Shown here piece after piece: positions 50,806-64,000 of a DNA stretch of 64,000 nucleotides. The stretch comes from Felis catus. Lineage: Eukaryota. A program made the translations under genes and the position numbers. The stretch's first letter is position 1, and each line of letters starts with the position of its first letter. The notes under the pieces were generated by a model. It made no database searches, was not told where the DNA came from, and worked only from the letters and a program-made list of their open reading frames with translations. The stretch is taken from NCBI RefSeq assembly GCF_018350175.1, contig NC_058368.1, positions 112,718,001 through 112,782,000 of the forward strand, in the 5' to 3' direction.

Positions 50806-51458
50806 TGGGAATGCAAGCTGGTGCAGCCGCTCTGGAAAATGTATGGAGGTTCCTCAAAAAACTAAAAAGAGAACTACCCTATGACTCAGCAATTGCACTA
50901 CTAGGTATTTATCCAGAGGATACAGGTGTGCTGTTTCAAAGGGACACATGCATCCTCATGTTTATAGCAGCATTATCAACAATAGCCAAAGTATGGAAAG
51001 AGCCCAAATGTCCATCGATGGATGAATGGATAAAGAAGATGTGGTATATATATACAATGGAGTATTACTCGGCAATCAAAAAGAATGAAATCTTGTCATT
51101 TGCAACTACGTGGATAGAACTGAAGGGTATTATGCTAAGTGAAATTAGTCAGAGAAAGACAAATATCATATAACTTCACTCATATGAGGACTTTAAGAAA
51201 CAAAACAGATGAACATAAGGGAAGGGAAACAAAAATAATACAAGAACAGGGAGGGAGACAAATCATAAGAGACTCATAAATATGGAGAACAAATAGAGGG
51301 TTACGAGGGGGGGTAGGTGGGGGGACGGGCTAAATGGGTAAGGGGCATTAAGGAATCTATTCCTGAAATCATTGTTGCGTTATATGCTAACTAATTTGGA
51401 TATAAATTAAAAAATTAAAAAAAAAATAAGTTGAAAAAATAACAGAATCACTTGTGTT
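50806..51458 (+). mobile_element. 5'-truncated L1 3' end inserted antisense into the host L1
   Basis: [24 protein letters not shown]...MEYYSAIKKNE, 3'UTR and A-tail. Confidence 0.93.
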
Positions 51459-51474
51459 AAAAAAATTTATTCTG

Positions 51475-51689
51475 GGGGCGCCTGGGTGGCTCAGTCGGTT
51501 AAGCGTCCAACTTCAGCCAGGTCACGATCTCGCAGTCCGTGGGTTCGAGCCCCGCATCAGGCTCTGGGCTGATGGCTCAGAGCCTGGAGCCTGCTTCTGA
51601 TTCTGTGTCTCCCTCTCTCTCTGCCCCTCCCCCGTTCATGCTCTGTCTCTCTCTCTGTCTCAAAAATAAATAAACATTAAAAAAAATTA
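51475..51689 (+). mobile_element. CanSINE (SINEC_Fc)
   Basis: TSD aaaaaaatttattctg at 51459-51474 and 51690-51705. Confidence 0.97.
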
Positions 51690-53312
51690 AAAAAAATTTA
51701 TTCTGATACTCTTTGTCTTTTGATTGGAGGATTTAGTCCATTTACATTCAGAGTGATTATTGAAAGATGAATTTAGTCCCATGTGTTACCTGTAGAGTTG
51801 GTGTTTCTGGTTATGTTCTCTGGTCCTATGTAATCTTTGTTGCCTTGGTCTTCTTTTTTTTTTTTCCCCACCTCTACTCAGAGAGTTGCCCTTAAAATTT
51901 CTTATGGGGCAGGTTTAGTGGTCATGAACTCCTTTAGTTTTTGTTTGTCTGGAAACTCCTTATTTCTTTTTCTGTTCTGAATGGCAGCCTTGCTGGATAA
52001 AGAATTCTTGGCTGTGTATTTTTCCCATTCAGCACATTGAAAATTTTCTGACACTCCCTTCCAGCCTGCTAAGTTTCAGTGGACAGGTCTGCTGCTAACC
52101 TTGTGTCTACATAGGTAAAGGGCCTTTTGCCCTGCTCTCAGAATTCTCTTTATCTTTGTATTTTGCAAGTTTCATTTTGATATGGTGTGTTGTTGACCTG
52201 TTTTTGTTGATTGTGAGGGGAATTCTCTGTGTCTCTTGGACTTGAATTCTTGTTTCCTTCCCCAGATTAGGGAAATTCCCAGCTATAATTTGTTCAAATA
52301 AACCTTCTTCCCCTTTTTCCTGCTTTTCTTATTCTAGCACTCCTGTGATATGGATTTCAGGGAATCAATTAGTTCTCTAAGTCTCTCCTCGTGATCTAGT
52401 AATTTCCTTTCCCTCTTTTTTTCAGTTTCATTATTTTCCATAATTGTATCTTCTATATCACTTATTATCTCCTCTGCTTCTTAAATCCTCATTATCACTA
52501 TATTCAGTTTGTTTTGCATCTCAGTTACAACACTTTTTATTTCATCCTCACTACTTCTTAGGTCTTTGATCTCTAGCAAGGGTTTCTCTGATGTCTTCAT
52601 GCTTTTCTCAAGCCCAGCTAGTAGTCTTACGATTGTTATTCTAAATTCTTGTTCAGTTAAATTGCTTTTATCTGTTTTGAGCAAGTCCCTGGCTGTGGTT
52701 TCTTCTTGACATTTCTTTTTGGGAGAATTCCTCTGTCTTGTCATTTTGGCTAAGTTTCTGTCTCTGGCATGTTCTAAAAGCTTGTTATGTTTCCTGCACC
52801 TGAGAGTACTGCTGTATTAAAAAGGGGTCATACGTTGTCCAGGGCCTGGCACTTCAGGAGGTATTTCTGGTATATGCTGCGTGTACTTTGCTATTGCGTT
52901 TTGGCTGCTTTCTCTGGTAAGTCCTCTGCAGAGCTCCTCCTCCTTGCGGTGGTGGAGTGTTTGGACCTTTGATTAGGTGTCATTTGATTTGTTGATGTAA
53001 CCCTTGCACCTGTCAAGCTGTTTCCCACCAACTGTGGCGATCCTTCTGCCACTCCACAGATCAATTTTCTGGGTGTTCCAGTGGTCTGACCTCAATATAG
53101 CTGTGTCTGAGGGATGAGGAAAGCCCAGGGTCCCTCTACTTCTTCACCATTTTAACTGCTCCCCCCTCCCAACAGATGATCTTATTACATCTTTTTGGGT
53201 GTGGTTAATGCATTTCAGTTATGTAAGAAAATGTCTTTATTTTCTAGAAATGGATGCTGAAGCGTTCAGTCATGAAGTATTTAGGCATGATGTCTGCAAC
53301 TTATTTTCAAAT

Positions 53313-53315
<3 letters not shown>

Positions 53316-53358
<43 letters not shown>

Positions 53359-53376
53359 CAGAAAGAGAGAGGGAGA
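53316..53376. repeat. (GA)n microsatellite
   Basis: Seen directly. Confidence 0.95.
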
Positions 53377-53896
53377 GGTTCAAAATGTGAACAATTAGTG
53401 AATCTAGGTAAAGGAAATGAGGGCATTTTATTACTCTTTGACTTTTCTCTAGGTTTGAAATATCTCAAGATAGCAAAGTGGGAGGGAAAAACCTCCCTCT
53501 GGGTAGATAAGAAGGATAATTTTCTTGAGTCTTAGTTAGACCCTAGTCATATAAGCATTATTCACATTGATTTAATTCTCCATACAACCAGCACTATTAT
53601 TACTAGCACTGTTTTGTTGGGCCATAGAAAAAAATAAGGGTAAATAATGGGTCTGGTGTTGCAACAGTAGTAAAAGCAGTAAGAGGGGGTCAGAGGACCT
53701 AGACCTGAGTCATGAACTCCAAAGCCTGTATTCTAAACCTCTATTCTGTCTTTCTCACAGTTTGGCTCCCCAGGTGCTTGAATTCCTCTTTTTTTTTTTT
53801 TTTTTTTGGTTAATGCTTTTATCTTCCCTTGAATAATAAATCTCTTCTCCATAGGTAGACCACAGTTTAGTGCTTCCCATCCCATATTGGGCTTAT

Positions 53897-54432
53897 GACA
53901 GTCAAAGCAAAAGTTGCACTGGACAAAGTTCAACATGTAAGAAGGAGTTGATTCAAGGCTACTGCAAGAAGAGGAGAGGCTAGACCCCAATCTGGGTTCT
54001 ACTCTAGTGACACATGGGGGTGGCACATTTTAGCAGCTGGGTGGTGGGTGGGGAGGATGATCCGCCATGTGTATTTGCTAATTGGCCTTCCCCAAACTAA
54101 ACTTTCTGTATCTTTGTGACAGGAGATAGTTTTACAGCTTGGAAAAAGGTGTCCATGGGAAATTAGGCTCCTATCTTCTCACAGAAACTAGGATATGGGG
54201 GTGCTATCTACCTTGCACCCGTATTTACATTCCAAGGGGATGGCTCCCAGGCCCGTTTGGAAAGACACTACAGGATTGTAAAACTGGTGAGAAGCTTTCT
54301 AACAGATTTACATCTCAAAGAAGCAGAGAGAAAGGATTTACAGTTACAGATTTTCTAAAGTTAAATGCTCTAAGAAAAGGGAAACCTGACTAGCATTTAG
54401 TCAAGCTAGGGAATGATAGGGCCATTTTGGTC
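53897..54432 (-). mobile_element. ERV1 solo LTR, MER31-like
   Basis: gcaaaagttgcactggacaaagtt...attcaaggctactgcaa is the reverse complement of a MER31-type 3' end. Confidence 0.65.
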
Positions 54433-55232
54433 CTGAGCTGGCAGGTTTACAGAGGTCTTACTGAGAGATGTACAACTTCTGTCTCCCACCACAGCCTTCA
54501 CTCCTGATTTGGTCTTAACCTGCTCATGACTCTAGAAAAATCTTTCCTTTCCTTTAGAAAATACCAGTACTTTCCTTTCTCTGCTCATACACCTTTCTTC
54601 TTCTCACCTTAGTTCTGCTGAATATTCCCTTTACAGACCCATGATTCCCCCTTTCACTTTATTCCTGAACTTTTATTCCTCTTTCCCCCCTCTTCTTTGT
54701 TTCTAGGGATAGACACTTCCAGTGCTAATTCTCTGTGGGTCTCTGACTCTCAGTATACACCCAGGAAAAAGTAAGTTGGGCTACACCAATGCACTAAAGA
54801 GTGGCTCTTCTCAGATTTTCATAAAAGGTGATGACTGAGACAATTTTCTCTAGTGTTACAGCAGTAACAGACTGAATTGGTGATGGGCAGGAGTTATGGA
54901 ATCATAACTTCATATGTGGGTCCCAGATTTGCAATTTGCTGTGTTGCTTTGAGTAAGCCTATTAACTTCTCTAAGCTTCATTGCATTTATTTACAAAGTA
55001 GGGGTAATAAATATAGTAGTAAACTTAAGAATTAACTAAGGTAATGGCTGTAAATCCACAGTCAAGTATTTAGTAACTAATCAACATTTCTCTTGGTGGT
55101 AGGAGGGGAACAAAGACTAAGTTTCACCCTATATAATGTCAAGAGCTACTTTGAGAAGATCTAAGGTAACATTTTCTCAGGTAGGGCATCTGGGAACTTC
55201 CTTTTACTGCCAGATCTGCCCTCAAAAATGGG

Positions 55233-55846
55233 TGTGGTAAATTTATGTTATGTCCACCTAGCTAAAACTACATTTCCCATGAATAATTCCAAGTCACTTG
55301 GACCATCAGAGGCATTTTGCAGGAGATGTGGCAGATGGAATTGAAGCAGCAGCCATATTTGTTTATGCTAGAAGGTCACCACAGGGCACAAGGTGTTGCT
55401 GCTGCCTCCTACATGTTGTCACATCTGGTAGATGATCTGCTGGCTCACCTCCAGCTCCTGCTGCATTTCTGCCTTTAAGCTTCTCTGATTCTTGGCTCAA
55501 ACCTGTGCTTAGCTTTGTGATGAAGGGTGCCAGCTTTCTCTGCAGGATACCGCCGTCATCACAGTGGGAGCTTGGAGGCAGGGAGAGACTGCAGTGGGTA
55601 CGAGTCCGCTCTAGCCTTCATAGCTTCCAGTTTCTCCTTGCTGTCCCCGTTGCCCATCTGCCTGCTCTTCCTGATGGCCTTGTCTGCAGATTGAACCTCC
55701 AATACCAGAAGCAGGTGGAATAGTTTCTCAAAGATTACTTAGCTTGCTCCACTGGTTGTGTGAAGTCAAATCCATATGATTCATCTTTTACAATATCTGA
55801 TTTGTCATAGTGATTTTGCTTCTCTGATTGAGCCTGGTCAGACACA
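55233..55846 (+). mobile_element. Probable ancient ERV-L-type LTR
   Basis: tgtggtaaatttatgttatgtccacctagctaa start and gcttctctgattgagcctggtcagacaca end. Confidence 0.5.
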
Positions 55847-55987
55847 ATAGGTAATGAATTTTGTCAGAGAGCTGCATGGCTCAAGCTTGATATCTCTGAG
55901 TTACTAGGATAATTTCAGTAAAAAATGACCATTTCCTGGGGAATAAGAAACGAGGTTCTGTGCCTGGCTCTTAAATTTCTTCCCTGG

Positions 55988-55989
<2 letters not shown>

Positions 55990-56021
<32 letters not shown>

Positions 56022-56050
56022 ACGCGCGCGTGTGTGCGCGTGTGCGTGCA
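55990..56050. repeat. (TG)n/(CG) alternating purine-pyrimidine repeat
   Basis: Seen directly. Confidence 0.95.
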
Positions 56051-56689
56051 TGTTTCCCATTTCCAATTCCTTTGAATCAGACTAATTCTAGGGTGATGTT
56101 TTCACTCCATCAACGATTACAAGTTATAATGATATCCTTTCCTAATGTAGTGACAAAATATCACATAACTTTGCAGATGTTACTTGGGTAATTTCTAATC
56201 TAGGCATTGAATGATTTACAGAATCAGTGTGTGCCAAACTGCCAGTTTCCCATTTTGAACATAACATGCAACAGTAGTACCTTTTACAAGATAAGATATG
56301 CAATATAAAACATAATAAAAAAATCTGAGTGAAATGTAAGTTGAGAGAGGCAGAAGATTGTGGTATTAGAGATGTTGAATAGGACGAAACAGCCTGGAAT
56401 TTGGATTGTTAGAGCTGAGCTCACTATTCATGTGATGCTGGATGATTATGTGGCCTCTCTGTGCTTCAGATGCCTCATCTACTATACTGGGTCATAATAA
56501 TAAGGTGGTTGTGGAAATGTGGCAATAGAAGTGCAGAGCTTAGAGCAGTGCATGGCACAATGCAGGCAGAAGCTTTGGTTTCATTAGAATGGATTCTTTC
56601 CTATAAAGTCAAAACCATTGATTTCCTCACTCTAGGAGGGCAGGGACCACGCCGAGCTACCCTTGCATCCTTTACCTTCCCCGCTGGAG

Positions 56690-57030
56690 GTGTATGTTGT
56701 GGTGCTTGGCACAGATCCCCCTTCAGGATGCAGGTTCTTGGCTCCTGCGACTGCTGGGAATGTTGCCTGCTAAGTTGGCAGCTGAGTCCCTCCCCACAAA
56801 TTGCCTTGGGCCAAAGGGAACTGCCAAGGTTAAGCTTCTCCTCGTGGGGAAGTCCATATCTAGTGACCAGTGGAAGTGGCCAATAGGATGGCCTCCCTTG
56901 TCTCAACGTGGGGCAGCTTGCCTCCCTGTGGACTCAGCCATCTCTTCATCACAGTTCAACCCAAGCCCTTCCTGCCTCCAGTCGTGCTGCCCTCGCTCCC
57001 GCAACAGGTGTTTCTCCTGACAGCGTTCTG
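56690..57030 (+). mobile_element. ERV-L solo LTR, LTR40-like
   Basis: cagatcccccttcagga...ctgctgggaatgttg...cagctgagtccctccc...aattgccttgggccaaaggga. Confidence 0.7.
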
Positions 57031-58727
57031 GGCAAACCTACCCACAGACCTCCCATTTCCAAGCCTGTTAAAGAGGGGCAAGGAGGAAACTTTTGAGGGT
57101 GGTCTTGGTTTGGCAGATGGTTAAAAGATATTGTATATATGTTAAAATTTGTCTTATAGTTCTGTTTAAATATTTGTGGTCAAGTATATGTTGACTGTAC
57201 TTCAATAAGGAAAAAATGAGAGAGACACTGGGAGAAAAAAGGAAAGTGCCCTTTGTGCATTTCATTATTTGTGTTTGTCTAATGTACTGTTTACACTCTT
57301 GTCAATTATACTTTTTCTCATGGACCTGATTGCACGTCCAATTCGATCCCTCTTCATCTATTCGTGTCATCATTCATTCTCTTGGACAGATGTGCTCTGA
57401 GCACCCTGCAAGCCCAGATTCTAAGTATTTGGGATAGAAAGACAAGTTGGACACAGTACTTCTCCCCAGTGAGTCCGTGGCCCTTTGGAGGAGACTGAGC
57501 CAGGCAAGTCCAACAGTTCACTTTGGCATTCGTGACCCTCCATGGGTTGGCTTCAGCCTATGATGACAGAAGAAGCACAGATTATGGTTCACAATGAGAC
57601 AGGTGCAGAACAAAATAAAGACAAAAGTCATGATCACATTCCAGTACAGTTATTTATTTATTTATGATAATCACAGGCTTTCTCCCATATCACCAAATCT
57701 TCTCAAAAAGGAACTTTCCTTGTTAGACTTCTTTAGGGTCATGTAGAGACCAACCGAGACAGGGCAGGATTTCTAATCCAAGTCACTTGGCTGCTAGTTC
57801 ATCAGTATTTCAGGTATCCACAGGTCCACACTCATCTGCAGAGTTCAAAGGATTTCAAAGAAGAAAGGACAGGGGCATTTAGTCCACATGTTTGGCAAAA
57901 GGTAGCCAAATCGGAATGACCTCTTTGGATGTTTTTGATAAGGAATTGGAAAAGGAGAAGTGAACACCTAAAGAAATGAAGTGTGAGAAATTTGAAGCTA
58001 GCTAGTGTTCGTCGCCTCTTCTGCTGTGGGTGCTGTGTCTGAACTGGAAATCCGTGGTGTAGATTTGGAAAAGGGTGCCTTGTGACTGGGTAGAAAACCT
58101 AAGAGGAGTTTACTTTGTTATGTTGAAGAACAAACTTTAGTATAATAATAATAATACCAACAACTAAACAGATTTCAATAAAACCTAAAAAAACCCAAAC
58201 ATCAGGTATTTCTATGTGGGCTTACTTTAGGCCAAGTGCTGTATATTATCTCATTTAATTCTCACACAGTGTGCTGAAAAAGACACTTTCCATTCCAGCT
58301 GTGAGGAGACTGTGGCACACGCAGGTTGTGTCACTTCCTTAAGGTCACAAGTCTGTTAAGTAATGAGCTGGAATCCCCGCTGGAGTCTGCTTGACTCGAC
58401 AGGCCACAGTGTTGAGTCCTTTTTTCTTTTCTCTCATGGAAGAGGCCATTCACTGCGTCCCTTTCCAAGAGCATGGCAATTTATGAAAAACTCTGTGGGA
58501 GATGGACGTATGGACTTTGCAAAGCTGTCATTTTGCTATTGATTCTGAATGTTATTATCCTGTAGTGTTTGGTATTGATTGCTTGATGGAAACTTCTTTT
58601 ATGGTGCAGAACGTTGTCAATTTTTGTGAATTATCCATGTGTGCTTGAAAAGGACGTATTTACTTTATTTGTGGGCTATGTCTGCAGGATCAATATTGTT
58701 TATTTTGTTGTTCAAACTTGTATTCCT

Positions 58728-58770
<43 letters not shown>

Positions 58771-58773
58771 TTA
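58728..58773. repeat. (TATT)n microsatellite within an old antisense L1 fragment (~58550-59040)
   Basis: Seen directly. Confidence 0.9.
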
Positions 58774-59179
58774 TCTGCTTGACTTGTCACTTTTGAAGAG
58801 AGATGTGCTAAAATACCCCGTGGGGTTTGATCATTTTCTCCTCTCACGTCTACTTCTTTATTTTTTTTTAATGTATTTTGAAACTGAGTGGTTTCATCTA
58901 TACCAGATCAGGATTTTTATATCTTCCTGGTGAATTTTTTCCACCATTAAGTAAGACACTGTTTTATCTCTAAGGGTACATTTTACCTTAGTATAATTTA
59001 ATATTATCATGTCATGTATCTGTTAATATTTTTTGCTTTATCTTTCTTTACTAAACTTTTAAAAAATAGTGTAAAAGCAGGTTTGTCTCTGTGTGTGTGC
59101 GGGGGGGGGGGCGGTGGGTAGTGGGTCTTTTGCTCGGTTTTGGGAATTAAGTTTAATGATAACCACAACTTCTCAAAGG

Positions 59180-60120
59180 AGAAAAATATGGTGAGGGAGA
59201 TTGGTTTAGCCAATATTAAGATTCATTTTAAGCCTACAAAAGTAATTCAGTGATGTATTAGTATATGGGTAGAAAAATAGGCCAATGAATCTATATAGAA
59301 AATCCAGAAATAGACTTCACATACATGGAAGCTTGATTTCAGACAAAATTGGAATTGCAAATCAGCGGGTGAAGGGATGAACTTCAATAAATGGTACTGG
59401 CTTCATTTATGTATTAAAATGTATAATTGGATTTTTCCTAAAAGATGACTAAAAGTTAGGGTGAAATTAAAACCATATACCTTTGGGAAACAATATTGGA
59501 GAATATATTATGACTTTGGGGGTAGGAAATGATTTTAAAATGGTGGCAAAAATTCTAAACTACAAAGGACAGAGAGTTACATTTGACTACAGTAAAGTTA
59601 AAAGTTTTAAAAGTTCAACAGAAACTGCCATGAACAAAGTGAAAAATGCCCAGAAAGTGAAAGAGGATATTTATAATACATGTACTTGAAAAGGATCTAG
59701 AATATAAAAATAACTTCTCAAAAACTCAATAGAAAAATGGACAAAAGATAAACTGGTATATCACAGAAAAAGAAACTTAAGTGGCCAGTAAACACATAAA
59801 TGATGATCAACTCCGCCAGTAATCAAACAATTGTAGTTTGAAAACCATAATGAAATTCCATTTTATACACATCAGTTAGTAAAAATTAAAACATCTGAAA
59901 ATATCCTATTTTGTAAACAACTTATAATACCTTATATTTCAGCAGTTCTACTCCTAGGCATATACCCTAAAGAAGTAATTGTTTTTGTGCACACGAGGAG
60001 AATTTTATAAGACTTTTCATAGTAGCAATGTCTATATTCATAAAGACCAGAATTCACTGAAATGTTATAGTTGGAGAACAGAAAAATACATTTTGGTGTA
60101 GTAATACTGTGGAATACTAG
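59180..60120 (+). mobile_element. Old L1 (L1ME-like) ORF2 3' fragment
   Basis: atagaaaatccagaaatagac...cttcaataaatggtactgg...agcagttctactcctaggcatataccctaaagaa. Confidence 0.75.
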
Positions 60121-62942
60121 ACAGCAGGGGTTCTGTATCCCCATGACAGCTATGTGCCATGTGTTACTGTGTCTTTGTCATGTAGATCTGTGTCCCATGT
60201 GATCCCAGGTTCCTGAGTGGATCTAAAACCCCAGCTTCCAAACCCTGAAGCCCATGGTCCATTACTCCCTTGATTCACAACAACAGTAGCTTCCTCTTAA
60301 TGCTTTCCTATTCATTTTTGACTGCTAGGGCTTTCTTTTTCTTTGTTTCTTTCACATAAACTTCAAATATGTTTTGTGAAGAAAGTTTTATCAAGTATTT
60401 CTATAAGTTTATAGCGGAAAGAGGCCTCTCTGCATCAACAATGTCACAAGAAGCCACTGCCTCGCATTTGTATTGATTCTGCGTGTTCCAGGTTTCAATA
60501 CTTTGCCAAAATCATGTTACTTTGCCCAAGTCCAGCTATTGTCCCTGCCAGCAGACAGTACCATGTTCATCATGAAATCTTTTTGGAGTTCTTTTATTTC
60601 TAAGTTTGTTTCTCTTACTCAGAAAGGATATAGAAAATCTACAATTTAGAAACGTAATTATTTTCCCTCTCTTTTAGACCTAGCTCTGTTATTTCCACAC
60701 CAGTATCTATGATCACTTATCATGAAAAAGACATTTAAAAATTATCTTTCCCTATATCATCTATCCTGGTGCATCTGAAGAATCATTTACAGCTCTCCTC
60801 CAGGGCATCTATTCCAAATGGACATGCAAAAGGAGACAGGGAATGACAGCCAGGTACACTTACATTATATGTGCCAGCCATGATTTTAGAATGCAGTCAT
60901 AAACTTGAACATTTTCTCTTCCCTTCTGTCCCCCTTTCCTCTCCTCTTCAATTTATCCCTTCTCCTCTTCCTTTTTGCATTAATATTTGGCAGTGAACTC
61001 TAAAACTCTTAGAAAAGGCTGGACCACAGACCACATCCACCTTAGATGCATGTGAATTTAGCCGGTCTTGGGAAACATTTTGAGACTTCTTTGATTGGCT
61101 GAGTCCCATTTGATGTGTGTCAAATTGCCAAAACTCCCTCATCTCACCATGCCAAGTCTCTGTTATTTATCCAACCTATCCCTTTTTTTGTATGTGTGTG
61201 TGTGGGAAACAAGACTCAGCCTCAAGTGTCTCCCATTGATAGAAATCCTTACGGTACTGGATTGACCCCCAGAAAAGGTTTGAGACACCTCTCATGAAGC
61301 CTGATCCCATCCCTGATTGTAGCCTTTGATCCAGGAAGGCTAAAAAGGAAAAAATTTCAGGTTGGCTGTAGGTAAATTATAAGTTGTTTTATCTCTAATA
61401 CCAGTGGATTGTGTACACTTTGTTATTTGAAACTCCAGGTTAGTTATTCCTCACCTGATAATCACAAATCTAAGAAGCTAAATGAAGTGCAAGCATCAGA
61501 AGTATAAATAACATTACTGCAAGGTACATAATCCAATTTCTCAAGATTAGTAACAAAAAGAAAAACTTGAAAGCTGAGGGAAATGAAACATCGTGTATAG
61601 AGAAATGAAGATGCCAGAAAATTTCTCACCAGGAGAAAAGCAAGTGATAAGAGAATGAAATAGCATCTTTAAAGGACTTTAAAAAATGCTGTCAACCTAG
61701 AATTCTATACCCAGTAAAAATATCTTTCAAAAATGAAGACAAAATAAAGACATTTTGAGATGTACAGAAGCTGAAAGAATTCATCACCATCAGAACCACA
61801 TTAAAAGAAGTGTTGACACAAGTCCTTCAGACAGAAGGACAATGATACTGGATGGAAATAAGAATCTATACCCAGAAATAAAGTACACAAGAAATGGTAA
61901 TTAATAGGTAAATATATAAGATTTTTTATTATTTAAATCTGTTTAAAAGATAATTGACTATTCACACAAAGATAACAATAATGTATTTGGAGTTTATAAT
62001 ACATACATACATGTGCAAATTTACGACACTAATAGCATAAAAACTGAGAGGTGGGAAATGAAAGAATGCTATTGTTAGGTTCTTATACTGTGTATGAAGT
62101 GATATAATATTACTTGAAGATAAACCGTGGTAAGTTAAAGATATAAACTATAAACCCTAAAGAAACCACTAAAACAACATAGCAAACTAGTAAACCAACA
62201 ATAGAAATTATAAAAAATACCCAATGCAAATAAATGCAGAAAAGGAAGAAAAGAGAAAAAGAAAACAAAGGAGACAATTAGAAAACAAATAGCAAGATGA
62301 AAAACTTAATATGTTAATTAGCACATTCAGTGTAACTTCTCTAATTAAAAGGCATAGATTGTGAGATTGGATAAAAAAGGAAGACCCAATAATATGCTAT
62401 TTACAAGAAATATGAAAACACATGTAAATCAAAAGTAAAAGAAGGGGGAAATATGTGTGTTGATAACAGTAATCAAAAGGAAGTTAGGGTGGTAGCATTA
62501 ATATTACACAAAGTACATTTCAGAACAAAGAATATTATCAGGGGTAAAGAAGGTAATTTCATCATGATAAATAGGTTAGTATATCAAGAAGACATAGCAG
62601 TCCTATAAGTTTATATACCTAATAACACAGCTTCCAAATACAGGAAGCAAAAACTGATAGAACCACAAAAAACAAAAACAAAAGCATAATTACAGTCAGA
62701 TTTTATACCTCTATTCAAACATGCAGGCAAAAATTTATCAAAGACATAGTAGTCTTGAACAAAAGTATCAATCAACCTAACTTGATTGGCATTTATATAG
62801 CTTTCTTAGCGTCAATAAAATTATTTTCAAGTGCACTCGGAACATTTACCAACATAGACCACCAGACCATAAAATAAGTCTTGATGAATTTAGAAGGATA
62901 ACAATATGATAACTGATCATAATAGGATTAAATTAGAAGTCA

Positions 62943-63162
62943 GGGGTGCCTGAGTGTCAGTCGAGTGTCCCGCTTCAGCTCAAGTCATGATCTCATGGTT
63001 TGTGAGTTTGAGCCCTGCGTCGGGCTTTTTTGCGGACAGCTCAGAGCCTGGAGCCTGCTTAGGATTCTGTGTCTTCCTCTCTCTTTGTCTCTCTCCAGCT
63101 CATGCTCTGTCTCTCTCTCTCTCTCTCAAAAATAATAAATAAATATTAAAATTTTTTTAAAA
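62943..63162 (+). mobile_element. CanSINE nested in L1
   Basis: Head, body, (CT)n and tail; flanked by agaa[g/a]tca. Confidence 0.92.
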
Positions 63163-63380
63163 AAGAAATCAATAACAGAACTCTGAAATATCTTTAAATG
63201 TTTAGAAACTGAATAAAATATTTTTAAATAACACATGGATCAAGGAATAAATCAGAAGAGAAATTAGAAAGTATTTCGAAAGAATTAAAAGAGCAATATG
63301 TGATGATTTGTGGGATGCTGCTAAAAAGTATTATAGTTGGTGTCATTTATAGGGCTAAACACCGATGTTAGGAAAAAGAT

Positions 63381-63576
63381 GGGGCACCTGGGTGGCTCAG
63401 TTGGTTAAGTGTCCAACATCAGCTCAGGTCATGATCTCATCGTTTGTGAGTTCAAGCCATGCGTCAGGCTTTGTGCTGACAGAGCCTGGAGCCTGTTTCA
63501 GATTCTGTGTCTCCTTCTCTCTATGCACCTCCCCCACTCACATTCTCTCTCTCTCTCTCAAAAATAAATAAACGTT
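63381..63576 (+). mobile_element. CanSINE nested in L1
   Basis: Head ggggcacctgggtggctcag; flanked by aaaaagat. Confidence 0.92.
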
Positions 63577-64000
63577 AAAAAGATTAAAAAAATAAAAAAT
63601 AAAATTTACAAATCAACGACATCAGGTATGATATGACCTTAAAAAAAAAAAAAAACGAAAACAGAAAAAAAGAGCAAATTAAATCAAAGTAAGGAGAAGA
63701 AAGGAAATAATAAAGTTCAAAGCAGAAATCGCTAAAAGTCAAAACAAAAAAAATAGATAAAAATCAAAATGAAATGAAAAGCATTTATTTTAGAAGATCA
63801 ATAAAATTAAACCTGAAGCCAGACTAATAAGGGGAAAAAAAGAGAAGACACATTTCAGGAATGAGAGAAATGACATCGCTGTAGATTCTACAGGAATCAA
63901 GTTAAAACGATGTTATAGGAATATTATCAAAAATGTTATGCCTACTAATCTGACACTTTAGATGAAATGGACAGTCCCCCAAATGACTCAAATTACCAGC

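Larger units (their letters stand above)
46544..53170 (-). mobile_element. Older carnivore LINE-1, long and degraded, with three nested insertions and a (TTTC)n
   Basis: ORF1 fragment MTRQRNSPKKK, ORF2 fragments; TSD aacagatgat at 46534-46543 and 53171-53180. Confidence 0.92.
61480..64000 (+). mobile_element. Old L1 (L1M) ORF1 end, spacer and ORF2 endonuclease; runs off the window
   Basis: caacctagaattctatacccagtaaaaatatctttcaaaaatgaag (QPRILYPVKISFKNE); tggataaaaaaggaagacccaataatatgctatttacaagaa (WIKKEDPIICYLQE). Confidence 0.85.

Noticed and set aside
1..64000. CRISPR arrays, operons or other prokaryotic systems
   Set aside because: Sequence is mammalian throughout; no repeat-spacer array or bacterial-like segment seen.

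Overview
Mammalian genomic DNA, almost certainly from a felid (cat family), judged by felid-type CanSINEs and L1s. The only host gene is TRPC7 on the minus strand. Exon 1 (about 22942-23240) is almost entirely 5'UTR and supplies only the 'AT' of the start codon. Exon 2 (13635-14412, 778 nt) encodes the N-terminal ankyrin-repeat region. Positions 1-13634 are intron 2, and no further TRPC7 exon was recognised. The upstream ~40 kb is intergenic and dominated by retroelements: a degenerate two-LTR ERV-L provirus, two long TSD-bounded L1s nested in older L1 remnants, many CanSINEs, solo LTRs and microsatellites. I did not find a convincingly new biological system. The strongest signals are a tandem cluster of REST/NRSF RE1 silencer motifs in TRPC7 exon 1, the split ATG that reads ATG-TAA when unspliced, a TSD-bounded L1 3' transduction ending in a second L1 tail, and several nested insertions at reused target sites. 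Repeat subfamily names come from recalled consensus sequences, not a database search, and old-repeat boundaries are approximate.
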